A stretch of 64,000 nt of DNA, taken from NCBI GenBank assembly GCA_964016885.1, contig OZ024740.1:94178001-94242000 (forward strand). The letters are read 5' to 3'. A program made the translations under genes and the position numbers. The notes below the pieces were generated by a model. The model was not told the origin of the DNA. It saw nothing but the letters and a program-made list of their open reading frames with translations, and did no database searches. Of this stretch, positions 39,501 to 51,989 are shown piece after piece; the first letter of the stretch is position 1; every line of letters begins with the position of its first letter. This DNA comes from Eledone cirrhosa. Taxonomy: Eukaryota.

Positions 39501-40440
39501 GACAATGATCATTGCCCGATCATGACCATTGTAAATATATTTGAATAGATATTTGCAAGCTTTCACTGAGCTACAAATTTCCACATTAATATGACAACGA
39601 TATTTCATAATCAAATATGGATTCTATGGCAAACCCATTGATTTGTAACGTGTCGACCGTTTACATTTTCGAGCAAACCGCCATCGGCAGGCGACCATCT
39701 TCTGTATGAGGGATGAGCATCCCCATCGTTCCAGGAAGTGTACGAGACAAAAGATTTCGGAAAGTGCTTACTGCATTGGCCATTTTTCATGCAAGGCGCT
39801 TTCCAATTTGCTACACCGCATTGGTTGTGCACCATTGACTTTTCCACCAAGTTGCTTAGTGCCTCATTCAGTACACACAATGCTGTCGACATCCTCAGCA
39901 CATCTCAATTTGCAATCTCTATGTAAAATGATCAGCAAATGTGCCTGTGGCAATCCTCTTATTTGGAATTCAATTATGTATGTAAAAGCAACCATACCTC
40001 CAAAGATTCCCTCTGTTTCAACATCATCCATTATCTTTTTCAGATATCCTTTGAACATTCTTGCCACAATATCAGGACGGTCCTTTGGCTGTTGTCCTGA
40101 CAAACGTACATCCTTAATATCAGTCCATTCAGGATTGCATGTAACCATTATAAACAAATCTGACTTTCCAAACTTTCTGACAATAGCCATTGCATTCTGA
40201 TAGCGAATGTTCATATACCACGGGCCGCCGATGGACGACGATTGCAAAATCATGCGTTGACCAATTTGCTTATAATTGGCATCATCGGCTGTTATCGCAT
40301 CCTGTATATTATTATACAATTCAGCTCTGATATGTTGATGATGTGTAGCTATATAATTTAGCCTTTGATATTCGATCTTTGCGAATGCCATACAACAGTA
40401 TTCCTGGAACAATCTGCTGGCTTGAAATATATATTGGCAC
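36513..40440 (-). mobile_element. decayed Helitron (Helitron C), 5' boundary not resolved
   Basis: 3' hairpin cccgggcgaagctggg + tacgtcagCCAG|T ending 36513; RepHel remnants 37421-40440. Confidence 0.85.
37421..40440 (-). pseudogene. Helitron Rep-PIF1 helicase, fragmented (helicase portion open for 380 aa)
   Basis: FQEYCCMAFAKIE; GKSDLFIMVTCNPEW; DRPDIVARMF; IEFQIRGLPQAH; VEICSSVKACKYLFKYIY; DAPGGTGKTF; IIWDE; LGGDFRQVLP; LCNGTRL; HGQLYVAASRV. Confidence 0.95.
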
Positions 40441-41176
40441 AGATATTATTGTAATAATGTTGCACAATGTATACCAATATTGAATTTCTTGATATATATC
40501 AACGCTATATTCTCCTAACCAAAGTATAATTTCCTTTTATAGTTTTTGACCTAAAGTAAAATCTAAAAATATTTAAACCATTGAAAATAAATCGTAAAAA
40601 ATTCTGCATGAACCTGTATATTCCTGAATGTGTTTCACATTTAAGGAATCACGCAGCGTAGATATTAACTAGAGAACACGGTGTGAACTGCAGTGTTTGG
40701 GGAAATATCACGAGTCCATTAAATTGATATCGTATCCTACCAAGACAGAACATGTCAAATTTATTTAACTGATAACTTCGATTCATTTTCCTATTTAATT
40801 AGAATACCTTGCAGAGGATTCTTCACAGGTAAGATGACAATCTGCATGATGCATCACATAGCCTTTCAGCAATATTCATAGGAAATAATTTTAAGTAACA
40901 TGATCTAGTATATATTCGAGAAAAACCAAGATAGTTTAACATGAAAAGATGACTAAGGGAGGAAACATGTTAAAAAAAAAAGCCGTTTATGTATCACTGA
41001 TTAAAACAATATATCTATTAATTATTCGAACCGAAAAAATATAATGATCTAGAAATGATTGTATTTTATGAATGCAAAATAGGCGCATCGATAGATGTCG
41101 GTACATTAATCATTTTAAAACTGTCTTATACAAAACCTCAGACGGCGGCAAGAAATAGGAGTAACAGAAGTAGAGG

Positions 41177-41289
41177 ATGAAGAAGAAGAAGACGAAGAAG
41201 ACGAAGACGAAGAAGAAGAAGAAGAAGAAGAAGAAGAAGAAGAAGAAGAAGAAGAAGAAGAAGAAGAAGAAAAAGAAGAAGAAGAAGAC
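41177..41289. repeat. (GAA)n microsatellite at a SINE tail
   Basis: Direct reading. Confidence 0.95.
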
Positions 41290-41290
41290 T

Positions 41291-41508
41291 GGTTTCTTAT
41301 ATAGGCACAAGACCAGCAATTTTTGGGGAGAGGAAAGTCGATTAAATCGATCCTAGTGCGTGACTGGTACTTTAATTGTTCGGTCCCGTAAGGTTGAAAG
41401 GCAATGTTAACATCTGCGGGATTATAAATCAGAAGGTAAAGGGCCATAACTGTAAACTGCAAAACATGGTGTCAGACGCTCTACCTATACTACCAAACCA
41501 TCGCCCTA
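41291..41508 (-). mobile_element. tRNA-derived SINE, same family as 34935-35193
   Basis: Minus strand contains ttgcctttcaacc..aaagtaccagt..ttgctggtcttgtgcctatataagaaacc, matching the body and tail of the 35-kb copy. Confidence 0.75.
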
Positions 41509-43779
41509 AGAATAATAATAAGAATTATAGAATAATAATGAAAAGGAAGAGGAGGGGTGGTGTAAGAAGAGGAGGAGAATAAGAGTGTGGAGGATGGATG
41601 GGAGGGAAGTGTGAATAACGAGATGCGCACATATTTAGGTGTACGAAATCTACGAATATGTGCGAGAATATGTCCTTCACATGATCGAAACTTTGACAAT
41701 TACAATGACAGAGATGAACAAATTTCAATAATGTAATGATCTTTTAATATAATGAATTTGCTTGTAATATTCTAAACATTATATTCTAATTGACGTATTA
41801 TATATTTTAATCTTCATGAGTTATCGGATATCAGTAAGTTTAAATATTGAGTATCAGTTAAGATATGTTGAATTCCCTCACCTATTGGCTTTGTCGAACC
41901 AAAGGATTTTAAATGGTGTATAATTATCAATAAACAACATTTTAAGTACATACACCTATGTACTTAATACATATCCATGCATCAAAATTACGTCTATCCT
42001 TGGTATATAGGTTTAAGAGAAATGTTAAAGACAGGAGGTTATAAAAAAAATGTTTTCGATTATTCTTGAAGAATATTTAATAAGAGCAATATGGTTTGGG
42101 ATATAGACGGATAAAACATCTACATTCCACTTGTAAATTGACTACTATGGAGGAATAAATCTCTGTTATTCTATGATGCTGTCATATTTATGTCCAGATG
42201 GCTTCAAATACAGTTCGTTGATATTTCTAGTAAAAATCACGTTAAATTTCTGAAAGAATACATTTTAACGTTGGAGTTGAACAAGGGACATCCTCATACG
42301 TTTCCTCAAGTGCTGATGTCAACATTCTGACCAAACAGCTGAAGCATTCGTCCATATGCATACTGTAGTAGAATGTACATGTTGTTTAGGTTTTAAAGGC
42401 CTAATCCTTTGGTTGTGAATTATACCACCGTTTCTCATTTATTCATAGAATATTATATTATATAACAGATGTATACACCTCATCGAAATATGTTATTACA
42501 TAAGATAATATAAATGGAGTACAACTCATGTATATCTATACGAAAACCTTTCAAGCCATGTATTATTTAATGTAGTGATATTTTCATGAGGTGCAAACAT
42601 ATTTGTCGTTGTAAGTTACATTTCTAAGCGAATAATCAAATTGTCATCGAACGAATACCATACCACAACATTACGTTTACATTTTTATTCTCAACAATTG
42701 AAGATATATGTAACTTTATTATTATATTGTGATTGTAACTCATCTTAAAAATGTATGATAACTATTTGTAATTTTCGGATAGGCCATTGTCTGTTATCAG
42801 AAACGATATTTGTAGTCTTATTTTCAATCTTTCGTAACTTATAAGAAAATGTAGTAAGAATAAATTTCGGAGTCAAATCAGTAAAATGAAGGTTGAAAAC
42901 ATTTTGGACTAGCATGCATATATCCTAAATGCATTTTAAAATCAAGGATTCATGCGGAGATTAAATTAAATAAAGAACACATTTTGAACTACTGTGTTAG
43001 AAGAAATGTCACGAGTTCATCAAATTAGTATAGTATCCCACGAAGAAAAGATATTTTGAGGCTGATTTAGGAGATAATTTGGATTTTTTTCCTATTTAAT
43101 CAGTATAACTTGCAGGCTATTTTGCAAGATGAGATGAAAATCTGCATGATGCATCACACAGCCTTTTAGCAGTATTCAGAGAAAAATATTCCAAGTGACG
43201 TATTTTGCTATATATTCTGGAAAATTCACCTCATATAATGTGAAAAAAAAAAATCTAACAGACGAAGTAGATTTCCCGAAATAAGATGTAACGTTCTGTA
43301 TAACTAAATATAAAGTTGTAAAACATTTTCAGATATTGTAACTATATTCAATCAAACTTCAACCAACTTAATATATTTCACAGGATATTGAACAATATAA
43401 TATAATATTACAAAAATATATTTTGTATTTAATGTATTTTATTTATATATATATATGTGTGTGTGTGTATTTGTGTGTGTGTGTGGGGGGGTGTATAGGC
43501 AAGGAACAAACGAAAAACAACGAGTGCATTACGAACAGTGTTGTTATTAGGTTCACCATTGAGGGTGGGTGGTTTTTGGACGGATTATTCAAATAAAATA
43601 ACATAAGTTTACTAACACACCAGTCATCTCTCCATATATTTTAGAGCAATAAATATGAAGGGACATAGATACGACCTGGTTTTGATCAAATAACAGCATA
43701 TAGAACATTTAGCAGATAAGTTTCGCGCAACAGATCCAGTCCATCATTCAGAAAATTGATCACATTAGATTAACCTGCA

Positions 43780-43877
<98 letters not shown>

Positions 43878-45324
43878 CTCTCTCTCTCTCTCTCTCATTC
43901 CCTCTCTCTATCTATCTCTCTCTCGTTATATATATATATAGAGGGAAAGAGAGAGAGCGTGTCAGTCATACATACAGAGTGCCCTTGTTTATGAAAGACG
44001 TGATCATTGCTAATTAACTAGCTCTCAATCCTCAATTGACTTAAATAGGGATTCGTTTCTTAAAGTGTAAGTAAAACTGATCAATGTATTTAATGATAGA
44101 AAATATTATTTATTGGACCTTCATAATCGTATATGTATATGTATGCACGCGAACGCCTCACAGTTTGTGCTTGTGTGTTGATTTCATAGATGTAGGTATT
44201 AACTGCTTGTATATTGTATGTGGTCCTAGATGTATATATTACCTGCTTTTGTGTTGTATGTTGTCCTAGATGTGTGAATTACCTGCTTGAGTGCTGTATG
44301 TGGTCCTAGATGTGTGTACTATTCTCATAGTATATTTGTACTTCATTCTTAACGTTACTCTTCTGAAACATTATTCCCCAATCATTATGTGTTGCTTTTT
44401 TATCTGCATAAGCCATTATATATATATATTACAATTACTCCTATGTTTATTACCCAAATTAATTTGTTGAACAATTTGTAAGCAATGAAATCGAAATCAC
44501 TAAATATCGATCAAACCCATATTATTAGTATTATATTTGAAGAAAATGGTTGGTAGTAAATCAGTGTCTCTAGAAGAAGAGTCATCAAATCTGAACCGTT
44601 ACCCGGTTCATAATGTGGGAGAGAGAATCACATAAAAAGGGTGGGGTTAGGGGAATTACTTAGGCGGCTAATCTTCTCAGTGGTGTCAGTTATTAGTAAA
44701 TGCGAGAACAAGCCGCATGAAGTTTTACCTCATTTTCATAATGAGCCAACTTCCAGATCGTCAGTCATCGCATTCAATCTTATCAGCTAACCCCGTTTGG
44801 TTAATGACTGCTGAAAGCTCCTGAACTACCGTAAATAATCACCCTACGTCCTATTTGCATGATATAAATAAGTTAGCCGATAGGAGAATCGGAAGATTTA
44901 AAATGTTAGTTCCGTAGGTAATTGAAAAAACGGCGGAAAGTGATGATTCAGCGCACTTCATGGGCTTGACAGTAGTGGTAATCTGATGAGCTGTGTCGCT
45001 AAACAAATAAGCAGCGAAACCATTAATCGCTAATGACTCTGTTGGCTTTCTGCATCCTGGCATTATAAGCGTATGCGCACACTACAGATGGGCTGCTTTC
45101 TGTAATGCTAAGTTAGTAAGTTTAAAACTTCGAGTTAATGTGTTAAGAAATTGAATTACTTAGATATACTACTCTAACATAAAGGCATTAAGTAAGTGTT
45201 TTATTGAAAATCCAATGTGGGCTTGCCGAGTAGCCTTAACGATGCAAGCAAAAGGACTGTTGTTTAAGTGACAACGAATGGAGTTGCTTACCTTTAAAAG
45301 GACACTTCATGTAATGTAAATTCA

Positions 45325-45716
45325 CTAGGGAACGCACGCATTTATATACCAAGAACAATCTTCCCAAGATCCGAAACATCGAAATATCGACAAAATATTT
45401 CTAATAAGTTGTTGCCTCGCTTTGGAGAAACGATTTGTTGGAGGCGGAAGGAGGGGAGAGGAAGGGAGTGTTTAACAGTAGTTGTATCTCCTCTTCCTCC
45501 TCTATCCCTGAAACGTCTTCTCTTCTTCCTCCATTGTAAATATGTCCCAGGTATTCCATTATGGTTTTTTGAAATCCAATTCACCTCTCCTGTTCCTGAA
45601 TATTAGCTTAACATGTGTGTACATTTTCATCATTATCGGATCACTGGTGTATGTGCCAACTGGTTATACACATATGCACAGATACACAGACAGACAGAAA
45701 TTGATACATATATATT
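45325..45716 (-). mobile_element. possible short non-autonomous Helitron (or 5' end of Helitron C)
   Basis: Minus-strand start TATATATG..TCTGTCTGTCTGTG resembles the other Helitron 5' ends here; CTAG|T at 45325 but the hairpin is poor. Confidence 0.35.
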
Positions 45717-45921
45717 ATTTGTTTGTGAAAATAATTAAATTAAATTAAACGAACAGTTAAACACGCATACCGATGATAGGGTTATTACCAAATTGCCAGA
45801 AGATTGACATGTCGACCCTAAATATCACTAATAACTGTAGGAAAGCCATGAACGACAGCACGTCTTTTTAACTTTTATTTTGAAAGTAAGTTTATAATTT
45901 CTAATTTTCATTATGCTTTTT

Positions 45922-46131
45922 TAGCTGTCTCAGTGGCCTAGCTGGAGGAATCATAGACGGTGGTGTTCCTTGTCGGAACTTCAATCCTTCCTGGTAATCT
46001 TATCATTTTTTTTTCTATGGGATGTAAAATAAAAACTAAAAACGATTACATGTACCTCTTGACCAGGATTGAACAAAACACCGGAATCTCCGCCCTGACT
46101 TGTACCTACCTCTCGACCACTGAGACAGCTA
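45922..46131. repeat. inverted pair of tRNA-like (A/B-box) heads
   Basis: 15-bp terminal inverted repeat tagctgtctcagtgg; minus copy has TGGTCGAGAGG and GTTCAATCC, plus copy TGGCCTAGCTGG and CTTCAATCC. Confidence 0.6.
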
Positions 46132-46531
46132 CAAAAACTTTAGGAAAATCCATAATTATAAACATACCTGCAGATATTTATTTTCAAATTTATTTGCTTG
46201 CTGCATGTTAAGACAAACAGGAATTGGTCACATAATTTAAATAAATCACTGATTTGTATCAAATGCATTATGATGCCCATTATTCTACGCCATATATTTA
46301 ACTTGTATCGCCTATTTAAATAAAGGAGGTGTGATGGCTTCAATATATTTGTTCTATTTGTATATGAGGGCCATTGTTTTTAAGTAATGAATTAAAGTTA
46401 CGCAAGAGAAATCGGAGTGCTATGTGATATATACATTATTGGATTTATGAATCGTTATAACATGTAATAATATTCGCGAATAGAAAATGTAAACGGAATT
46501 AACTAAAAGGCTAATGCACATTTGATATACA

Positions 46532-48010
46532 CAGAGGGCCAGCGCTACAATAAAGGCAAACTAGGCATCCGGCGAGGGTGCTGATTTCACGGGGCGCATT
46601 TCTCCAAATCAACAATAATGTTGAAAAATAAATAAATACATTTCAGTTGTATTGAAGCTCGTTTATTATCATGGTTTATTTTATATAGGGGGGAAATATT
46701 CGGTTAGATTGAGTGTCACCAAGATAAACAAAATGAGTGAGAGAAAATCCCGCGGAAACGAAAATTTCAGGACGCAATTACTATCGCGTGTTTTTAAAGG
46801 CCACTAGTGTCGTCCAACATAACCTTTCGATAATTTCTCTAATGTTCCTATTGCAATGAGGATCCTTCTCACACTTTTAGTATCAGTGGCAAGTGGTGAA
46901 ACTATTTTCTCAAAGCTCAAGCATATAAAAGACTAGCAGTGGTACTCGACGTTACACGGGATAGGGTATTTTGGAAAGCGGGCCGCCAACAGACCTAATC
47001 GTGGAAAAACTGCATGCCTAGACAATAATGAAAGAAAATAAACCGAATACACTGATGGCTAGATAATCTTTAACATTTTCCTCGACGAAGCATGAAAAAT
47101 GCAGGTTTTCACATAATGCGGGCTTAGGGGATCAAGAAAATTATTTTTTTTTATGTGCATAATATGTCTTGAAATTTCGAGAAAATCGGCTACACGTAAC
47201 GCCACAAAAAAGAGCCGAAAAAATGAAATTCTTCACCTAATAAAAAAAAGTTACATTTCTTTTACTCACTGTATGAAGAACAGACAGACTAATACATATT
47301 TACAATTTCAAGGAGATTGGTCTGACGTAACGCCTCACAAACCCTTAATAGTGCATAACATTCACTGAAACATAAGTAATACACATGTAAAGTTTGAAAC
47401 ATATGGGTTGAGTACTTCTCAAGTTTTGGGGATTCAAACACACCAACATTCATACACACACACAAACACAGACATCCTCAGTGTTATATATATAGATTAC
47501 AGTCAATCTACAATACTGCAAGAGAGACAATTTGGCTTGGCAACTATATCAAATGTATATGCTGACGCTTTCTCACTTGGTTTGACTGAATTTGTTAAAA
47601 TCTTTTCAATGAAACAGGCACATAAAATAAGGTTTTGAATTGCCTTTGTGTCTGCATTTATCCATCAAACATGTTTGGTTTTAGCTATATTAGGAGAGGC
47701 GGTAGAAGCATTTTTAAGTTAGGGTAGGTGAGGGAGGGTCACATTTTGACAACTTATTTGTAGCGAATAATTTAGCTCTTTGGACTCTACAATGGTCAGA
47801 AATCTTTGATATGCGATAAACATAACATGTAAATAAATTGTAGCACACATCCAAGTAGGTATGTATTTTGGTAGTTTGGGGAGAACATAACTTTATAGGA
47901 CGGGGACATGACCCCACCCGCAAATGCACCAGAAATGTATATATATTGTAACAAAAACATTAGGCTCTGCACCCTTTACCTAAGGGGCTAATATAACGAG
48001 CTTCTTCGCA
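46532..48010 (+). mobile_element. hAT DNA transposon remnant (C-terminal dimerisation domain), interrupted by a Helitron
   Basis: FSNVPIAMRILLTLLVSVASGETIFSKLKHIKD (46823-46932) continues YSQSTILQERQFGLATIS..FSMKQAHKIRF (47497-47638); cagagggccagcgc..aggcaaactaggc TIR-like start; right end approximate. Confidence 0.8.
46933..47496 (-). mobile_element. 564-bp non-autonomous Helitron
   Basis: 5' A|TCTATATATATAACAC at 47496; 3' cccgtgtaacgtcgag-taccactgCTAG|T at 46933; splits the hAT codon GA|T with no TSD. Confidence 0.9.
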
Positions 48011-48399
48011 TTTCATAATAAACAGGTATTATTTCCTTTATATATACATATACATATATATATATAAGTGTTTACACAACAGTTTGTGCACCATACTGAG
48101 AACAATTGTTTCACCTTAGCGAATCCTCAACGCCTAATGGACATGGTTATACGGAAGAGTAAGGACACCGTACGAACGCGCATGCGCAGAAATCATCACT
48201 TCGCACAGGCATTCCTAAATTTCGTGCCTGAGATGTAAGGGAGATAACTGCGAAAGTCCGAAATTTCAGTTGATCAGAACATTAGGATGTTGTTGTAATT
48301 CAATCCGGAGCTTTGTAGTTATGTAAGATGTGTTTCCGGACGCGTGGACAACGTGTGAAGAATTGATTTCTCGATTTAGGCATCACTATTGCGTAATCT

Positions 48400-48800
48400 A
48401 TTTAGAATATTTATTCGTTCATCAATACATAGTCCACACGACGGATTGTACCTTGCGTATGGCTTTCCATTGAATGGAGTAGTCTATACTTCTGTCCTTG
48501 AGGGACCATTCGTGGCTCACGAGTTTCGTGGATGAACGTCTTTCCGGTTAACTAAAGGTCGAATGGTGGTTCAGGAAGCGTTCCTTAAATCGGCCCTCCG
48601 TCATACCCACATATGATTTGACTTCATGTGTTTGATTTGGTCGGTTGGAAGTGACAACGGTTTCATGAACTACAGCGGGGGGAGGATGCCTTGCAGTTGA
48701 AGGGAAACACTTCGGGATTACGGCAAGAGCACCCTGGTGGGGGGTTGCTCATCGGGCTCTTGGTGATGTCGGCCTTTATGTTCTTAGCGCAGGTGTATCC
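48400..48800 (-). pseudogene. Naiad-type linker + GIY-YIG fragment (inverted)
   Basis: YTCAKNIKADI..GCSCRNPEVFP..KSYVGMTEGRFKERFLNHHSTF..LVSHEWSLKD..YSIQWK..CGLCIDE. Confidence 0.85.
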
Positions 48801-49010
48801 TCGTGTTCTACCACTACGGATATTACCTTTCAGTGTTCTGCCACTACATACGTCTCCAGCAACGGTCAGCAGAATATTTTCATTACGTAGAAGTTTGACT
48901 TTTAGCGGATTCTTCACCAGGTGCGAGTTTGGCTTCCTACCCCGTGAGCGCTCTCTATATCCTTGTGTCCTACACAGTTTTGTGTCTCATCAACGTCAGT
49001 ATGGATTAAT

Positions 49011-50369
49011 ATGAACAGGATTACTACATGAAGGATATTCCCTCGCCCTCCAACCATGTTTACCAAAAGCTTCTCCTACAAAAAGCGGAAGATGTCGTCA
49101 GACACTTAAGATGGCGGGCCCAAGCTTTTGACGGCAAAATTACAGGCACCAATAATACCGTCAACCTGAAATCGAGAGCCTATCCTCCTATGGTAACTGA
49201 ACTTGCTCCTTTCGAGGCGGACATTCTTGACTTAATCACTAACATTTCCTTTCGCAAAGACCCTAAAACCTTTCAAACTAAACTTAGAAATGATATGAAA
49301 CGATTTAGGTCTTCTAATAACACTTTCGTTCTTTCCGACAAAAATAATAATATTTACGAAGTCGACAACACCACTTACCACTACTTGGCCCATAACGCTA
49401 TCATTTCCAAACATGAGAAGGATATCCCTATCGCCTACCACGACATTAATGCAGAAGCCGAAGAACTACCTTAAAGCAGATAAGAAGATGCATTATCTAG
49501 CTAAGCTGGAGACGTTCCTCACAGTGAAATATCACACAGTAGAATTTACTTCTAACCCCACATCTAGACTACTAAACCCGGCACGCACAGATATGGGACA
49601 AGTCATTAAGGCCATACTTAGAAACATTATTAAGACCATTAGGACCAAGTCCAACCTGTCACAGTGGGAGATACATCGACTCCGTAATTAAGTGGTTTAA
49701 CTCCTTCAAATCTAAAAAAAAGTGAAGTTCACACAGTTTGACATTGTTGATTTTTACCCGTCGATCTCAGAGACGCTGTTAAACAAAGTGTTGGACTTTG
49801 CTACCAATTACACTATCGTCGATGATTTAGACAGGGAAATTATCGCCCACTGCCGGAAAACTCTCCTCTTCAATAACGGAGTAGCCTGGGCAAAAACGTC
49901 AACAACTTCAGACCTATTCGACGTCTCCATGGGATCGTTTGACAGTGATGATGTATGCGACTTGGTTGGCCTATTTAATTTAGACATATAACGTGTTAGA
50001 TTCCTGGACTTCCTCACGGGAATATAACGCGACGATGAACTGACCTTATTCAGCCATAAAAGTGGTCACGACCTCGACCGGTTTAAAAAAGACTAATCCT
50101 ACGTCCTAACTCGTTGAAGGTAGAAGCTAACAGAAACTACCAACCTCTCCAGCGTAGATTTCTTAGACATTAATTTAGATCTTCGCACATACACCCACAG
50201 GCGCTTCTATGAGCTTAACGAAAAACTCAATTATATTCATAAGGACACATGCCACCTTCACACTGTTTTTAGAAACTTCGTAAATAATATCAGTACTAGA
50301 ATCTCAAGCCTCTCCTCAAATATGGCTATCTTTGACAGAGCAGCACCCTACTTTAACACGACGTTAGCG
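49011..50369 (+). pseudogene. Naiad-type PLE N-terminus + reverse transcriptase, frameshifted
   Basis: MKDIPSPS..RHLRWRA..FEADILDLI..SDKNNNIY..PTSRLLNP..QFDIVDFYPSI..FDVSMGSFDSDDVCDLVGL..*RDD..VDFLDINLDL. Confidence 0.9.
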
Positions 50370-50635
50370 GAATAAATATTCTAAATAGATTACGCAATAG
50401 CGATTGCCTAAACTCAAGTTATGATTTTTTCACACGTTGTCCAAACGACGGGAAACAACTCTTACATAATAACAAAGCTCCGGATTGTATTGCAACAACA
50501 TCCTAATTTTCTTTGAACTAGAAACTTTCGGACTTTCGCAGTTATGACCCGTACACCTCTCGAATGCAATTTAGTATTGCCTGTGTGAAGTGATCGTTTG
50601 TGCGCATGCGCGTTCGTACGGTTGTCCTTCCTGTT

Positions 50636-50680
50636 ACGAGCTAAGGATCCGCTAAGGTGAAACAATTGTTATCGGTATGG
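50636..50680 (+). ncRNA. minimal hammerhead-like motif (mirror copy ~48095-48135, minus)
   Basis: CTAAGGA/TTGAGGA-tccgctaaggt-GAAA-CAATTG-tt: the two copies reconcile to CTGAGGA, with palindromic stem III. Confidence 0.55.
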
Positions 50681-50774
50681 TAAACTATCTGTTGGGTAAC
50701 CAATTCTGACTAACTCATCCCATGGACTGGGTGCTCTACCACTACGGATATTACCTTCCAGTGTTCTACCACAG

Positions 50775-50808
<34 letters not shown>

Positions 50809-50936
50809 ATGAAAGAATGAAGAGTAACATGGTTGGCGGAGTAACAAGGGGCTTTATTTAAGATATTGCCAATTGTTTCACGACGCAGAGTACTCACCAC
50901 CTCTAACTGGATTACCTATAACGATAATTTGTTACC

Positions 50937-51007
<71 letters not shown>

Positions 51008-51070
51008 CGTCTCAAGTAAACATCATCCGTGGCGTGTCTTTTTCTTAGCAACATGACCCTCCCAAAATAG

Positions 51071-51108
<38 letters not shown>

Positions 51109-51654
51109 TTGTCTAGTGATTACGCAAGAGTAACAAGACTTAACAATATTAAATGAATATTTAAACCCTACTCCTTTATTAAGTTTTTATTGTTACGTCT
51201 GTCAATAATTCACTTTCTCTTATCTTGAATAATCGTCCTCCCGCTAATTATTTTGTCAGATTCTCCTCCTCGCCACATGTGTTTATTGTATCCCGTATAC
51301 CCCACTCGATTATTAGATTTTGCTACCCTATCGGTAGCAAAATTTTATTGTAAGTGATACATATTGATACAGCAACTGGAGAATATAGTAATAATCTTAT
51401 TTAAGATTTAAAAAATAATAAAACATGATATATGACAAATTCTATGCCAATGTACATTAAAATTGTTATGACCTTTCGCAGAACCGTATCCACCCACTTC
51501 CACCACCAACATCATCCTCATTAAGTCTTCTTTATTATGTACTGTACCTGAAATTGAAACTCTAGTTATCGTCTGCTAAGCCAATGATAGACAGGTGTAT
51601 CTCCTGAAAAGTAAATCTCACTATTTAGCATTAAGAAAATGGACATGTGTACAG

Positions 51655-51722
<68 letters not shown>

Positions 51723-51989
51723 AAATAAAATAAATAAGTCAAATGTTTACAGTTTGGCTTCGTTTATTACTGCTATATATATATCGGTGACAGCCATCAT
51801 TGGCTGTAACCTCTTCAGGGAGTCCGAATTAGTTTGGTAGAGACGAGTACACATGTTGTTAAGGTGTTTAACTTTGTCAATACTCTGATATGCCCAGTTC
51901 CTGGTTGGGTTGTTATTTCAATGAGGAACTGGAAACATATGATTCCAGTTCCTCAGTGCAGTAATTGTATTGCATAATAAACAATACAA

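Larger units (their letters stand above)
48065..50775 (+). mobile_element. Naiad-type PLE with inverted 3' segment placed upstream
   Basis: 48070-48417 is the reverse complement of 50369-50690; 48803-48845 is directly repeated at 50730-50773; flanked by (TA)-rich tracts. Confidence 0.85.
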
